This document shows positions 1-12,499 of a DNA stretch of 42,615 nt, one piece after another. Every line of letters begins with the position of its first letter. Positions within the stretch are counted from its first letter, which is position 1. This DNA comes from Prorocentrum cordatum (taxonomy: Eukaryota): assembly GCA_963575745.1 (NCBI GenBank), contig CAUYUJ010000281.1, positions 620,001 to 662,615 of the forward strand. The letters run 5' to 3'. A program made the translations under genes and the position numbers. The notes under the pieces are model-generated. The model did no database searches. It was not told the DNA's origin and saw only the letters and a list, made by a program, of their open reading frames with translations.

Positions 1-279
1 TGAAGTGGTGCAATTAGTGGGTCTTCGCAGTAAACTCTCGAATCCACTGCTCGCGAAATCATCCCACCCACCCACCAGGGTGCAAAATGAGTGGTGCAAG
101 CTACGTGGTGCAACATATGTCATTGATTCTATGTGGTCCAACCTACGTAGTGCAAGGTGCAAGCCATGTGGCGCCATCTATGTGGTGCAGATGATTTTAA
201 CCCATGATGTGACACATCCTACCCTCTTGCAAACATCCGACCCACCCACCCGCAACTTGGTTTGCAAAACCTTTTAAGA

Positions 280-770
280 CCGACTGCGACGACACCGACG
301 AAAACGACTACGACGACACCGACGACGTCTCCGACGACTTCGACGACGACAACGACGCCGACGACGAAGAAGACGACGACGACGACGCCAACGAAGACGA
401 CGACGAGGGAGGAGGAGGGACGACAACGGCGACAACGACGACAACGACGACAACGACGAGGGAGGAGGGAGGACGGCGACGACGCGAACGACGAAGAAGG
501 AGGAAGGACGGCGACGCCGACGACGACAACGACGAGGGATGAGGGAAGACGACGACGACAACGACAACGACGACGACGGCGACGAAACGACGACGACGAC
601 GACGGAGGAGGAGGAAGGACGACCACGGCGACAACGACGGAAACGACCACGACGCCAAAGAGGACGACGACGACGAACACGAGGAAAGACAGAGGACGAC
701 GTAGGCGACGACGACGACGACGACGCGGGAGGAGGGAGGACGGCGACGACGACGACGACGACGACGCAAG
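280..770. repeat. Degenerate (ACG/GAC)n trinucleotide low-complexity tract
   Basis: Runs of gacgacgac/acaacgacg; the overlapping ORFs are poly-T/R/D/V/S artefacts. Confidence 0.9.
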
Positions 771-1235
771 AGCGCGCGCGCACGCTTTTGTTGATAATCC
801 GTGTTGCGAAACCTTATGTTTTTGAAGGTTTTTTGGACACACGATTTTGAAATCCTTTCGGAACCGATGGGTTCTGAAGGTTTTCGGGGTACGCGCGCGA
901 CGACGCGCGCGTCTGCACTTCGTCTCATTTTTTGCAGAGGATTCTCGCGACGGTACACGCGCAAGGGCGTTCGACAGATTTCGACATGCGCGCGCGCGCG
1001 AAACCCGTTTAATAGCATGTTGTAAAAATCCTGAAAAAAAACAATGGTTTTCTCAAGATTTCGCAAGAGCTCGCGCGGAAGCTTTCTTAGCAAATCAGTG
1101 TTGCGAAACTCTGTGTTTTTGTTTGTTTTTTGGGAACTCGATTGCGAAATCCTTCCGGCACCGAAGGTTTTTGGAGGATTTCGGCATGCGCGCGCGACGA
1201 CGCGCGCGTGTGCACTTCGTCCCATTTGTTGACAG
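770..1235. repeat. Diverged ~297-bp tandem duplication (about 1.5 units)
   Basis: gtgttgcgaaac at ~801 and ~1097; gcgcgcgacgacgcgcgcgt.tgcacttcgtc at ~893 and ~1190. Confidence 0.7.
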
Positions 1236-1759
1236 GGATTCGTGGACAAGTGTTATGTTAGAACAAAAAATTTCACCGCACAGTGTTTTTTACCAGGGAA
1301 CCTCACGGGGGGGGCACCCGCTGGCCTGGGACATTGTGATTTCATACTTAGGATGGACATGTGGTCAGAATCATGTACGATTTACATACCCGAAAGGGGG
1401 ACCGAGGACGCCGGGGGGGGAGAGTCTTTTCAGAGAGGAGAACCAACGGCCGGCAGCGACGAGGCGGCGACGTAGCGGCGACGGCAACAACAAGGCGGTG
1501 GATCCGGCACTGGAGCCCAGACGATGGACCCGACACTGGAGCCCAAACGACGGGCGGCGACGAGGCGGCGACAGGGCGGCAACGGCGCCAACAAGGCAGC
1601 GACAGGGAGCCCAGTTGCTTAGGAAATTAACCTGGCGAAGGGCCCAACCATGTGCAGTTGTGCATGCGATCCTTGCTGGTATCGCCATAGGGGGAATCTC
1701 CTCATGGGGCCATGACGCATGCGAAGTGTGTGTGTGTGTGTGTGTGTGCCGATGCGCGG

Positions 1760-2830
1760 GGCGCTGCTACTGGGGCTTTACGCGGAAACCACTGTTGGGC
1801 CGCGAAGCGTGTGAAGTGTGCCGCAATGAGGCGGGGCAGCCACTGGGGCCTTTCGCGGAGCTCCTGATGAGGCCACGGAGCGCTGTGGTGGGTGGGGGGG
1901 AACACATGCGGACACCGCCACTGGGGCCTTCGATGGAGCTCCCGAAGGGGCCACGAAACGTGGTTCAAGGCTAAGGGTGCGCATGCGAATGCAGCACATG
2001 GGGCATTCGGTGGAGCTCCCTATGGGGCCACGGCGCGCTGAGATGGGTGGGGGAAACGCATGCGGACACCGCCACTGGGGCCTTCGGTGGAATTCAATAT
2101 GGGGCCACAGAACGGCTGTGCTGGGTGGGGGAACCGGATGCGAGGGCAGCCACAATGGCCTTCGGTGGAGCTTCCGATGGGGCCACGAAGCGCTGTACTG
2201 GGTGGGGGAAGCGGATGCGCCTTCGGTGGAGCTGCCTATGGGGCCACGAAGCGCTATACTTGGTCGGATAACCGCCTGCGAGTGAAGCCACTGTGGCCTT
2301 CGGTGGAGCTCCCAAATGGGGCCACGAAGCGCTGCACAGTTTGGGGGTCCCTCAGGCGAGAGCAGCCACTGGGGCCTTCGGTGGAGCTCCCTATGGGGCC
2401 ACGAAGCGATGTACTGGGCGGGGGTACCGCATGCGAGAGCAGCCATTGGGGCCTTCGGTGGAGCTCCCGATGGGGCCACGAAGAGCTGTACAGCGTGTGG
2501 GTCCCACATGCGACAGCAACCACTGGGGCCTTCGGTGGAGCTCCCTATGGGGCCACGAAGCGTGTACTGAATGGGATTCCCGCGTGCGAGAGCAGCCACT
2601 GGGGCCTTCGGTGGGACTCCCTGTGGGGTCACGAAACGCTGGTACTGGGTGGGGGAGACGCGTACTGATGAGGACAAGGCAAGGTGGGAAGCTCCCTATG
2701 GGGCCACGAACCGCTGTACAGCGTGGGGGTCCCGCATGCGAGTGAAGCCACTGTGGCCTTCGGTGGAGCTCCCTATGGGGCCACGATGCGCTGTACAGCG
2801 TGGGAGTCCCGCATGCGAGAGCAGCCACGT
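1760..2830. repeat. GC-rich minisatellite, unit ~60-75 bp
   Basis: Recurrent gcagccactggggccttcggtggagctccctatggggccacgaagcgctgtac...cgcatgcga; a partial copy lies at ~3661-3700. Confidence 0.9.
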
Positions 2831-3868
2831 GCGGGTACATCTGATATGTGGTTTCCATAATTTTGTCGCCCCTCTGTGCGCACGCAGAGACGTGATCTTC
2901 TGACCCTGGTCAATCCAGACCCGGGTCAGCAAGAAACCAAAAACTGCAATGCAAGAAAAAAACTGCAACGCAGGTCTTCGCAAACCCGGGTCAGCCAAAT
3001 GCACGGCCGCCTCGCGGCCACGAGCGGCTCGCTAACCCGGGTCAGCCAGAGAGGGTCTTCGCAGGATCCTGCAGGATCCGGTGCCCTGGCTGACCCCCGT
3101 TTGCACTGACCCCCGTCTCTCATAGGCCCCGATCGGTCTCATTTACGCATGGCTCCGGCTTGTTATAACGAGTTGTTTTGTTTAAGTTGACGCAGCTCCT
3201 CGTCCTCAGCATGCGTCTCGTCGTTACTTTCGTCATCTTGTTGGTCCCTGCCCAGCCTGGGCTCCAGATTATGTTTTTGGTTAGGCGGTGCTCGTTTATG
3301 TAATTTGCTGCCAGACAGTGTCGCTCGAGCGCCTGATGTGCATGAGCTCCAAAGCTTAATGTCTGAGCTTCTGCGGCACAGGTCTGGTCGTTCCGTCCTG
3401 GCCGCTGTTTTTTCGTGCGTGCCGCTTGCCTTTCACGACTTGCGCCATTTTCGAAATTGGCATCCAGCTGCCTAGTGCTGTCTCCTTGTCGTCGTATTGT
3501 CTCGTTCCGTGTTTCAGTCCTCTTTTTTTGTTGTTGTTCCTTTCTTTTTTCATGGTTTTCGGTATCTTTCTTGCCTGTTGTTTTTTGGTTTAACACATCA
3601 CACGCCTTGCTACATTGCGTTTCTCACGACCTGTGAACTGTCAGAGGAGACTGAACAACTGGACCTATGGGGCCACGAAGCGCTGGGCAGCGTGGGGGTT
3701 CACGAAACGTGTGAGGCGTGTGCCAAAATGAAGGAGGCGGGGGAGAAGGACAGAGGAGGGGAGAGGAGGAGACACGGGGCGCCGCCTCTGCAAAACGAGG
3801 GCCCAAAGTCCACATGATGGCTGGGGAATAAGCCCAAGTACAAGCAGTGGCTGTGCATCTCACCAATA

Positions 3869-4030
3869 TGAAGGGGCCCTGAGATACACAAATAAATACA
3901 CACAAATAAAAAGATCCCCCGTATTTTCCCATATGTTCTGGGTTTTCGTCTTCCCCCCCACTTCCCATATTTTCCATATTATTCTGGGGAATCGGCGATT
4001 CATTGTGTCTGTGTGTTTTTCCCTACCTAG
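3869..4030. repeat. ~160-bp dispersed element, copy 1
   Basis: aaggggccc..acacaaataaatacacacaaat...cttcccatatt...attgtgtctgtgtgtttt, shared with ~4898-5057 and 39771-39934. Confidence 0.8.
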
Positions 4031-4138
4031 GCTCTGCCTAGAAGGGTTCCTACTCTCTTTGCTTAAAGGGCCGGGCAGTGCTAACCGCCCCGGGCGGTTC
4101 CCCCAGTCCCCGCCCCGCGGTTCCCCCGGTCCCCTGGG

Positions 4139-4615
4139 AGCTTTAGCTTTAGCTTTAGCTTAGCTGTGACTTTAGCTTTAGCTTTAGCTTAGCTTTAGCT
4201 TAGCTTTAGCTCAGCTTTAGCTTAGCTTTGGCTTAGCTTTAGCTTAGCTTTAGCTTAGCTTTAGCTTAGCTTTGGCTTAGCTTTAGCTTAGTTTTAGCTT
4301 AGCTTCAGCTTAGCTTTAGCTTAGCCTTAGCTTAGCTTCAGCTTAGCTTCAGCTTAGCTTTAGCTTAGCTTTAGCTTAGCTTTAGCTTAGCTTTAGCTTA
4401 GCTTCAGCTTAGCTTTAGCTTAGCTTTAGCTTAGCTTTAGCTTAGCTTTAGCTTAGCCTTAGCTTAGCTTTAGCATATATATATTTAGCTTTAGCTTTAG
4501 CTTTAGCTTAGCTTTAGCTTAGCTTTAGCTTAGCTTTAGCTTAGCTTCAGCTTAGCTTTAGCTTAGATGTAGCTTAGCTTTAGCTTAGCTTCAGCTTAGC
4601 TTCAGCTTAGCTTCA
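4139..4615. repeat. (TTAGCTTTAGC)n 11-bp satellite
   Basis: Alternating TTAGC/TTTAGC units over ~475 bp. Confidence 0.95.
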
Positions 4616-4897
4616 CTGCTACTACTAGTGCTGCTTTCCTAGGGGCTCCAACTCCTGGGTAGGGTCGCACTGGGAGAATTTCCCTCCTGACAACAGACAC
4701 AGGGAACCAGAAAGACCATCAGATAACAACCGTGGGGCCTCCCCTGGGGGAGGCACGCGCCGGGCACGGGGCAACCACGCGGAGCGACCGCGAGACCACC
4801 CTGACGGCACGTACCGGCCCCCCCGCGCGCGGGGCGGGGGGGGGGCGCAGACAGTCTGACGCAGATGTGCAAGGGGCCCCCCTCGCACTCGCAGAGC

Positions 4898-5057
4898 TCA
4901 AGGGGCCCCAGGACACACAAAGAAATACACACAAATGAAGAGATTCCGCATATGTTCACATAGTTTCGGAGTTTTGGTCTTCCCCCCACTTCCCATATTT
5001 TCCAATATTTTCCTGGGGATCGTCGATTGATTATGTCTGTGTTTTTTTCTCTCCTGA
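4898..5057. repeat. ~160-bp dispersed element, copy 2
   Basis: aaggggccccaggacacacaa...tcttccccccacttcccatattttcc...tgtctgtgtttttttctctcctga. Confidence 0.8.
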
Positions 5058-6240
5058 ATAGCGTTGCCTCGCTCAAATGCGCGAGCCGAACGAAGACCAG
5101 AATGGCTTCAAGTCTCTGTCACGTCTGGTTCGCCTTCCCATCTGACGTGATTCTTGCGGGTTTCTGGGGGGGGGCTCTTCAAAGCTCAGGGGGAGTGGCG
5201 AAGGGGGCCGGGAGGAGGCTTCAGTGGCGTGCTTGTTTCTTACATTCGCGAACTTCGGGAAGTGTTTTGGGGGGTCTCTGTCGGAGGGTTGAGAGGAAGG
5301 AGGATGAACCTTGAGAGATTCTAGAGGCTTCGAAAATGTCCTGGGGGATTAGAAGTGCCCTAGGGGGAGCAATCAAGCAGAACCCTCCCTCCCAAATAAA
5401 CACAAAATATTCCACATATCAACTATTGTTTTAGGGAAAGAAAAAGAAGCCTCCGGTGCAGGGTACTCCATGGCCTCGACGACCTAAGAAAATCAAAGGC
5501 AGCCAGGGGACAACTTCTGTGAAATCCAGACATTAAGAGAGCCGCCCCACTCGCAGGAAAATCCTGGGCAACGCCCCCCCGAGAGGCCCGTTGGCCGCGA
5601 AGCCCTCTGGGATCCCACGGCGAGACGGACGCCTGGTCATCTTGAAGGTCTGCTTGGGTGTTCCTGAGGCCCTGGCCCTCATGGTGGCCACGGCGGCCGA
5701 CCGCGGCTCTGGCGTCGTATCCGAAACCGGGGTTGTCGTTGAGGTCCTGCGCCGGGTTCGTGAACCTGGGCGGCGCGCGCGGGGGGGCAAGGCCTCCTCC
5801 CGCGGCTTCGACCCATGCGACTTTGACGCGTATCGCCCTTGTTGGGCATCCTGCAGGGTCCTCGCGCCCAAGGCTGGGCGCAGCTCGAGAATCGGGGCTA
5901 GGACGAGGGGGGGCGTTCATTCAGGGGGGGCCTGGCTCAGAGGGGGAGGCATCGAGCTGGAATCGGCGATGCGCTGCCGACAGATCGGCGATGGGCCCCC
6001 AATAGCGAATCCTCACGCTCCTGAGCAGGGTGGGCTCAATCTGGACCATTTCGGCGATGGTTGGTCGATTGTGGGTCGATGCGCCCCCCCCGTCGATCTC
6101 CCCCCTCTGACGTTGCCCATGACAGGAAGGGCCCCCCCTCGACGGGTCCTGAGGCCAGTCTCCAGCGGACCTTGTTCGGCTTCCAGGCGAGCCCGGGCGG
6201 GCCTTCTGATAATTGAGCAGGGACCGACCGTCCCGGCATT

Positions 6241-6418
6241 CCTATAGCCCTACCACGACATGTTCTTAGAACCCAAAAATGTTCGAAACACAAAGACAAT
6301 GTTCTTAGAACATAAACCCGATGTGCTAAAACAAGACCATCTAAACCGGAAATGTTCTAAGAACGTTTCGTGGAAACCACAAAAAGGTTCTTAGAACAGT
6401 GCTTGGCAGGGCTATAGG
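6241..6418. mobile_element. MITE-like element with ~33-bp imperfect terminal inverted repeats
   Basis: cctatagccctacca...gttcttagaacc at the left end matches the reverse complement of ggttcttagaac...tggcagggctatagg at the right end (outer 15 bp match 14/15). Four GTTCTWAGAAC palindromes are present. No clear TSD. Confidence 0.55.
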
Positions 6419-6723
6419 CTATCGGCGAGCCAGGACGCTTCGCCACTGCTTGAGAGAGGAGGCCGGGGGGGCGGGCCTCTGCAGAGCAGGCCCCCCTCTG
6501 TGGGGGGCCGGCGGCGGTGCCCCGAGAGGCCCCGGCGCCTGCGCAGATGATGGGGGCGGTGCGCGCGGCAGACCCACGAGCGCCCGCGCCGACCCTGGCC
6601 GCGCCCCTCTTGGGCCCAGCCTCGGCTGCCGCGCGGCCTCCCTGCGCTGGGCCAGGGCGGCGCGCGCGCCGACCCCGCAGCCCAGGCGCTCGGCTCTCGC
6701 GCCCGTGCTGGGCCCAGGAGAGG

Positions 6724-6960
6724 GGCCTCCCAGATGGGGTCGGGGTAGATGGGGTCGGAGGATCGCGCCGCCTCGCCGATACATCGACGATGCATCGGCG
6801 ATGCATCGGCGATGCACTGGCGATGTATCGTCGACGCCGACGATGCATTGGCGACGTCGAGGTGAAGCAAATCAGGCTCCACATCGAGCCGCATCGGCGA
6901 TGCATCGGCGATGCGGCGCGATCCTCCGACCCCATCTACCCCGACCCCATCCAGGAGGCC
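6724..6960. mobile_element. Foldback/MITE-like element with ~70-bp inverted arms
   Basis: gatggggtcggggtagatggggtcggaggatcgcgccg (6733-6770) is the exact reverse complement of 6914-6951. The interior is catcggcgatg-type repeats. Confidence 0.65.
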
Positions 6961-7279
6961 TAGACAGGAGCGGCTCCTGCCGCGCTCTGGCCGGGGCGGC
7001 ACGGGCACCGCTGCTGCAACCCAGGCTCGGCCCGGCCGGGATCGGTGCAGGCGCGCACGCCCAGTAGGGAGAAGCATGAGGCAGGAAGGCGTTGGAAGTA
7101 GGTTGAGTTCCGTCCGCCCCCTAGGGAGGACGGGAATTGCATGAAGCCACTCGACCGTTGAAGTAGGAAGGCGCTTAAAGTAGATTGGAATATGGGGCTC
7201 CAGAAATCAGAGTGACGGGGCCGAACGGTCATCCATTGTCCCTGGGTGCGTGGCTGACTTGAGAATATGTGGTGAGGAT

Positions 7280-7400
7280 TATGCTTGTTGCGTTGTTGTT
7301 GGTGTTGTTGTTGGTGTTGTTGTGGATGTTGTTGTTGATATTGTTGTTGTTGGTGTTGTTGCTGCTGTTGTTGTTGGTGTTGTTGTTTGTTGTCGTCGTC
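7280..7400. repeat. (GTT)n microsatellite
   Basis: Direct inspection. Confidence 0.9.
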
Positions 7401-8340
7401 CCCCCCGCGACCCATCCCGCAACCCATCCCGTGACCCACCCAGCGACCCACCCCGCGGCCCACCCCGCGACCCAACCCAAGACCCACCCGCGACTCAACC
7501 GGCGACCCACCCAGCGACCCGCCAACGACCCACCCGCGACCCACCCGGCGACCCACCCGAGACCTAACCCGCGACCCATCCGCGACCCACCCGCGACCCA
7601 CCCGCGACACACTTGCGACCCACCCGCGACCCACCCCGCGACCCACCCCGCAACCCACCTGCGACCCACCCGCGACCCAGCCCGCGACCCACCCCGCAAC
7701 CCATCCCGCGACCACCACGCGACCCATCCCGCGACCCACCCCGCGGCCCACCCCGCGACCCAACGCACGACCAACCAGCGACTCACCCCGCGACCCACCC
7801 GGCGACCCGCCAACGATCCACCGCGACCATCCGGCGACCCACCCGAGACCACCCCGCGACCACACCCGGCGACCCAACGCGCACCCCCCCGCGACACATC
7901 CGCGACCCACCCGCGACCACCCGGACGCACACACTTGCGACCCACCCGCGGACCACCCCGCGACCCCCGCGACCACTGCGACCCACTCGCGGGATCACCC
8001 GCGACGCTTCGCGCACACCAGCGACCCATCCGACCAACTCGCGACGCCACCCGCGACCCACCCCGGACCATCCGCGACCCACCCGCGACCCGCACGCGAC
8101 TTCACCCGCGACCCCCCCACCGGCCACCCGCGACCCCACTTGCGACCACCCGCGGCCCACCCCGCGACCCACCTGCGACCCACCCCGCGACCCACCCGCG
8201 ACCCACTCGCGACCGATCCACATTGGTTTGAAGAAAAAATCGGCGCCTGCGGCGGGCTCGTTGTATAATTCATTAGCGTAACTTTGGCGCCTGCGGCGGG
8301 CTTCCCCAGAGTCCAGAGTCTCGCAGACTGCCGCCCTCAC
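7400..8340. repeat. (CCCGCGACCCA)n 11-12-bp satellite with conserved tail
   Basis: Tandem cccgcgaccca units followed by catt...aaatcggcgcctgcggcgggc; the same satellite-plus-tail recurs at ~10740-10980. Confidence 0.85.
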
Positions 8341-8729
8341 CGCCCCCTCACTCTTATCCGCATCTGCGGGGTGCTACGGTACCTACTTTCAACGACCGAT
8401 GGGTAATTGACGACCTCCAAGCAGGAGGCAGCCTCTCCGCGCACACCCCTCCTTGGAGGAGCAAGGAGCTGAATAACCCTAGCTTCTGCGAGCTCCGTGC
8501 GGAGTCCTTTTGATCGGCGCGGAGCCCCCTTCCCTGGCGCGCGGGGCGCGCCAGGGACGGCGCTGGAGGCGCAGCCAGTGGTGCCCAGCGCGGCCCCTAA
8601 ACGATGCACAGACACACCTAACCTATAGAAACATAAGAGTCGGCATACCAATAATAATACTAACTGGAAGCATCCTATTCAAATCATAATAGTACTTCAA
8701 ACGGAAGAATACGAATCATGCTATTACTG

Positions 8730-8799
8730 CTTAAATATTACTACCCCTACTACTACGACTACTACTACTGCTGCTACTACTACTGCTACTACGACTACA

Positions 8800-8836
<37 letters not shown>
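8730..8836. repeat. (CTA)n microsatellite running into the gap
   Basis: Direct inspection. Confidence 0.9.
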
Positions 8837-8936
8837 NNNNNNNNNNNNNNNNNNNNNNNNNNNNNNNNNNNNNNNNNNNNNNNNNNNNNNNNNNNNNNNN
8901 NNNNNNNNNNNNNNNNNNNNNNNNNNNNNNNNNNNN
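8837..8936. other. Assembly gap (100 N)
   Basis: Run of n characters. Confidence 1.
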
Positions 8937-9792
8937 CACGAGGTCATAGGTCGTAGGTCGACGGCCGACCGCCGACGCGCGAGGGCGTCGATTTGACAGA
9001 TAGCTACGTATCGGACACGGCTCTTCTGAAGTATCCTAGGGCGCCTCCGCGGACGAATTCGACACAATGCCGCGCTCAAAACCATGCACTTACCCCGACG
9101 ATTCCCAAGAAGCCCCCAAGAACCCCCGGGAGCCCCAAAAACACCCAGGAGCTCTGAACAGGATCTAAGAGGATATTCCCACAGTCCTCAAAAAGCCCGC
9201 AAGAAGCCCGCCAAACAGACGCGGAGGAAGAAGAACACGCATCAACAGAAACCGGCACGCAAGTGACACGTGTAGAATGGGGGCAAGCGACCCGGAAGCT
9301 GAACACGTTCTTTTCCTGCGGTCGGTGGAATGTCGTAAATACATGATAAAACATGTCAGCATGCCGTTCGCCGTGTTGTGCGATAGCTCATCGAACACAA
9401 ACTGACGTGTGAGGGTATGCTTATTCACTGTCCCTGGGCGCGTGGCTGGAGTGAGGTTCTGCGGTACGGATTGTTGATGTTGTTGATTGTCGATGGTGGT
9501 GAGGATGGTGATGATGTTAGTGCTATGTGTGTTGTTGGTGGTGGTCTTGGTGTTGTTGCTGCTGTTGTTGTTGTTGTGGTTGTTAGTATTGTTGTTCTTG
9601 CTGTTGCTCGCGGAAAGAATATTTGCCTGTCCTTCCGTTTTGTGGAACCCAATGGTTGCACCTTGTCCGCGGCGTTCACTTCCAGGGACGCGCCCTATAT
9701 CGCAAAATCGTCGGGCGTGCCACGCGGTACAACTACCTTCAATTGCGCATCAGACGCGCGCCACACCAGTATCAAAACCGCACGGTTGTTTG

Positions 9793-9936
9793 AATATATA
9801 TATATATAATTGTGTATATATATATATATCGATTTATGCGTATACATGTGTGTATATAATTCTATGCACATGCACATTCAATATACATACATATGAAGAT
9901 ATGTACATACATAGCTACATACACGTATACACACGC

Positions 9937-9975
<39 letters not shown>
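9793..9975. repeat. (AT)n/(AC)n-rich microsatellite
   Basis: Direct inspection. Confidence 0.9.
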
Positions 9976-9977
<2 letters not shown>

Positions 9978-10739
9978 CACAACAAATGGATCAGCACGGA
10001 GCGAACTAAAACGCGAGCGCTGCTCGATGATAGCCAACCCAGGACGCGGGGAAGGTCAGGCCAAGGATGGAGCAGGTTGAGGAAAGGGGGAAGCAACAGG
10101 AGGAACAGGCGTTTGGGAGGATGTAGAGGCGAGGGAGACAGGCGGGCCCTCTGAGCACGGCCGCAGGGCGTGGACTGCACATCGCGGCGGGGCAATGTCC
10201 CAGCAGGGGCGGTGGGTATTTTCATGGGGCCCTGGGAGGAATCAACATACCCACCAGGTTTCCCTGAATGACTTCGCGCTCCCAAGCTTATTGTTGCGGT
10301 TGCCTGTCGGACTGCTCATTCTTCTGTTTCTCCCACGCTTGCTCTTTGCCCCGGTTCATCCTTGTCCTTCCTATCCACCTCGTTCCGCCTTCCCTTGTCG
10401 TTCCCCTTTTTCGTTCCTCCTCCCGCCATCTCTCTCTCTCTCTCTCTCTGCTCAAGCAAAAAGTACTTGGGACAGGCCACGGTATTTTGACAGGACGTGC
10501 GACCTCCGCATTCCGCACTCCCGATCTGGGCCGTCGATCGCCCCCTGCGGCGGAGCGATGCGCGGTCCTTCTTCGCGGCGGCCCACCGAACGGGATCGTC
10601 CACTGGTGGCGCATGTCTGCCATGTATCGCACCGTGTTTTCTTTTGTTGGGGGCGTTCGCCTTTTCGGTGGTGGGCGAAAAACCGTTGCGGAGTTGTTGT
10701 CATTGTGGTTGTTAATGTAGTTTTCAATTAAAGTCGCCC

Positions 10740-10980
10740 CCCTCGCGGCCCACCCCGTGACCGGCCCGTGACCTGCCCGCGACCCACCCGCGACCCACCC
10801 CGCGAACTGCCCGCGACCCACCCCACGACCCACCCGCGACCCACCCCGCGACCCACCCTCATTGTTTTAATGAAAAGATCGGCGCCCGCGGCGGGCGCAC
10901 TGCATGATCTATAAAAGTTAAGCGACTGCGGCGGGCTTCTTCAGAGCCTCGCAAACTGCCGACGTCCTCGCCGCCCACAA
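10740..10980. repeat. Second copy of CCCGCGACCCA satellite plus tail
   Basis: cattgttttaatgaaaagatcggcgcccgcggcgggc resembles 8221-8258. Confidence 0.75.
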
Positions 10981-11221
10981 ACTTGTATCTGCAAGTGTGG
11001 GGCGATGCGAATTCGCCACCCCCTCCGAAGCAAGCGGCCCAAAACACGTTTTTGGACATGAGCTAATAAGATTATCCGGCAACGCAACTCTAGCGATTGT
11101 AGAAGCATATCCTGAAAGGCATTCCCTTAAGATTTCAAAATGAAAATCTGTTGTAGATTCGTTGTACTGCGTGTAGTCGCATTCGCGTGGACAGTCGCAA
11201 GCGGCAACGGCAGTCGCCGTC

Positions 11222-11525
11222 ACAGCTCAGCAAGTCAGCCTCAGCCTCAGTCTGCCTTCAGCCTCGCCTCAGCCTCAGGCTGCCTCAGCCTCGGCCTGCA
11301 TCAGCCTCAGCCTCAGCCTCAGCCTGCCTCAGCATCAGCCTGCCTCAGCCTCAGCCTCAGCCTGCCTCAGCCTCAGCCTCAGCCTGCTTCAGCCTCAGCC
11401 TCAGCCTACCAGCCTCAGCTCAGTCTGCTTCAGCCTCAAGCTTCAGGATTTGCTTTCAGCTCGGGCTCAGCTCTCTGCTCAGCCTCAGCCTTGCCTCGGC
11501 ACGCTGCATCAGCCTGCCTCAGCAT
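11222..11525. repeat. (CTCAGC)n hexamer satellite
   Basis: Direct inspection. Confidence 0.9.
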
Positions 11526-11529
11526 TCTC

Positions 11530-12180
11530 GAAGTGCCAGGAGAGGGTTTCTGGGAACTTAGAAGCACGAGTGGCCTACAGCGGCTGGGCATTCAACAATC
11601 ATACCCAGGCGGGAGTTCTGGGGAACTCGAAGACCAACGCAGTGGCCTACATTGGCTCCGGGATTTCAAAAATTCTCTGCCTGGCCTGGAGTTCTGGGGA
11701 ACTTGAAGAGCACAAGTGGCCTTCAAAATCATGCCCAGGAATGGAGTTCTGGGAACTTGAAGAGCACGAAGTGGCCTACAGTTGGCTCCGGGCATCCAAA
11801 ATGTGGCCCGGGAATGGAGTTCCGGGAAGGCGAAGAGCACGAAGTGGCCTACAGTTGGTTCCGGGCATTCAAAATGTGGCCCGGGAATGGAGTTCTAGCA
11901 GCGCCAAGAGCGATTTTGCGAGGATGTCCCAAGCGATTTCGGCTTCGGCGGCAGCCGCTCCGGGTCCCGCCCAGACCCCCCTGTGGAGTCATCTGCTGCT
12001 CTCTTTTGAAACCAGTAGAAACATCAGCAAGAGCTGTTAGGTAAAAAAGACAATCGTTTCTGGAAGCTCGTATTTCCCGCGGTGTTGAGCGTCTCATGGA
12101 CAGATTATCCCGGCAATGCAACCTAACAGCCATGTGTGGGAGCATCTCTGGGTCGAACAGCATCTCGACGAAAAGGCCGC
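11530..12180. repeat. Composite repeat copy 1: 73-bp minisatellite plus unique tail
   Basis: Unit aaaatgtggcccgggaatggagttctgggaactcgaagagcacgaagtggcctacagttggctccgggcattc, then tail cccgcccagacccccctgtggagtcatctgctg...gagcatctctgggtcgaacagcatctcgacgaaaagg. Confidence 0.85.
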
Positions 12181-12499
12181 GACAAAAAAGGTGACGTCGA
12201 CGACGGCGGTGGCGGCGGCGACGGCGGCGGCGGCGGCGCCCCCCCCGCCGCCATCCGCAGAGGTGGCTCGTTCGTGTTCTTCGTGGCCCGCCATACCCGG
12301 GCCACATTTTTTGCTTGTTGATAGCAGTGTCTCGTTTCCAGATATGCTTCCAGCATGTGTAGAAGCATATATGGGAGCATTCCCCTTGAGATTCAGATGA
12401 GAATCCAGTTGTCGAATCGAAATAGGAAAGCCAAGACGTGTCCGTACTGGTGGGAACGACAGTACCTGCAGTAACAATAGTAGTGGCATTGGCAGTAGC

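Noticed and set aside
219..2903. Multiple overlapping ORFs of 100-375 aa
   Set aside because: Derived from trinucleotide and minisatellite repeats, with no domain signatures.
4139..4615. Telomere-like TTTAGC/TTAGC array
   Set aside because: It lacks the G-run of TTTAGGG/TTAGGG-type telomeres, is interstitial and has an 11-bp dimeric unit.
5423..6247. GC-rich ORFs of 112-218 aa on both strands
   Set aside because: No recognisable domain, and ORFs of this length are expected by chance at this GC content.
6960..8340. PATH/RDPP-repeat ORFs
   Set aside because: Translations of the CCCGCGACCCA satellite.
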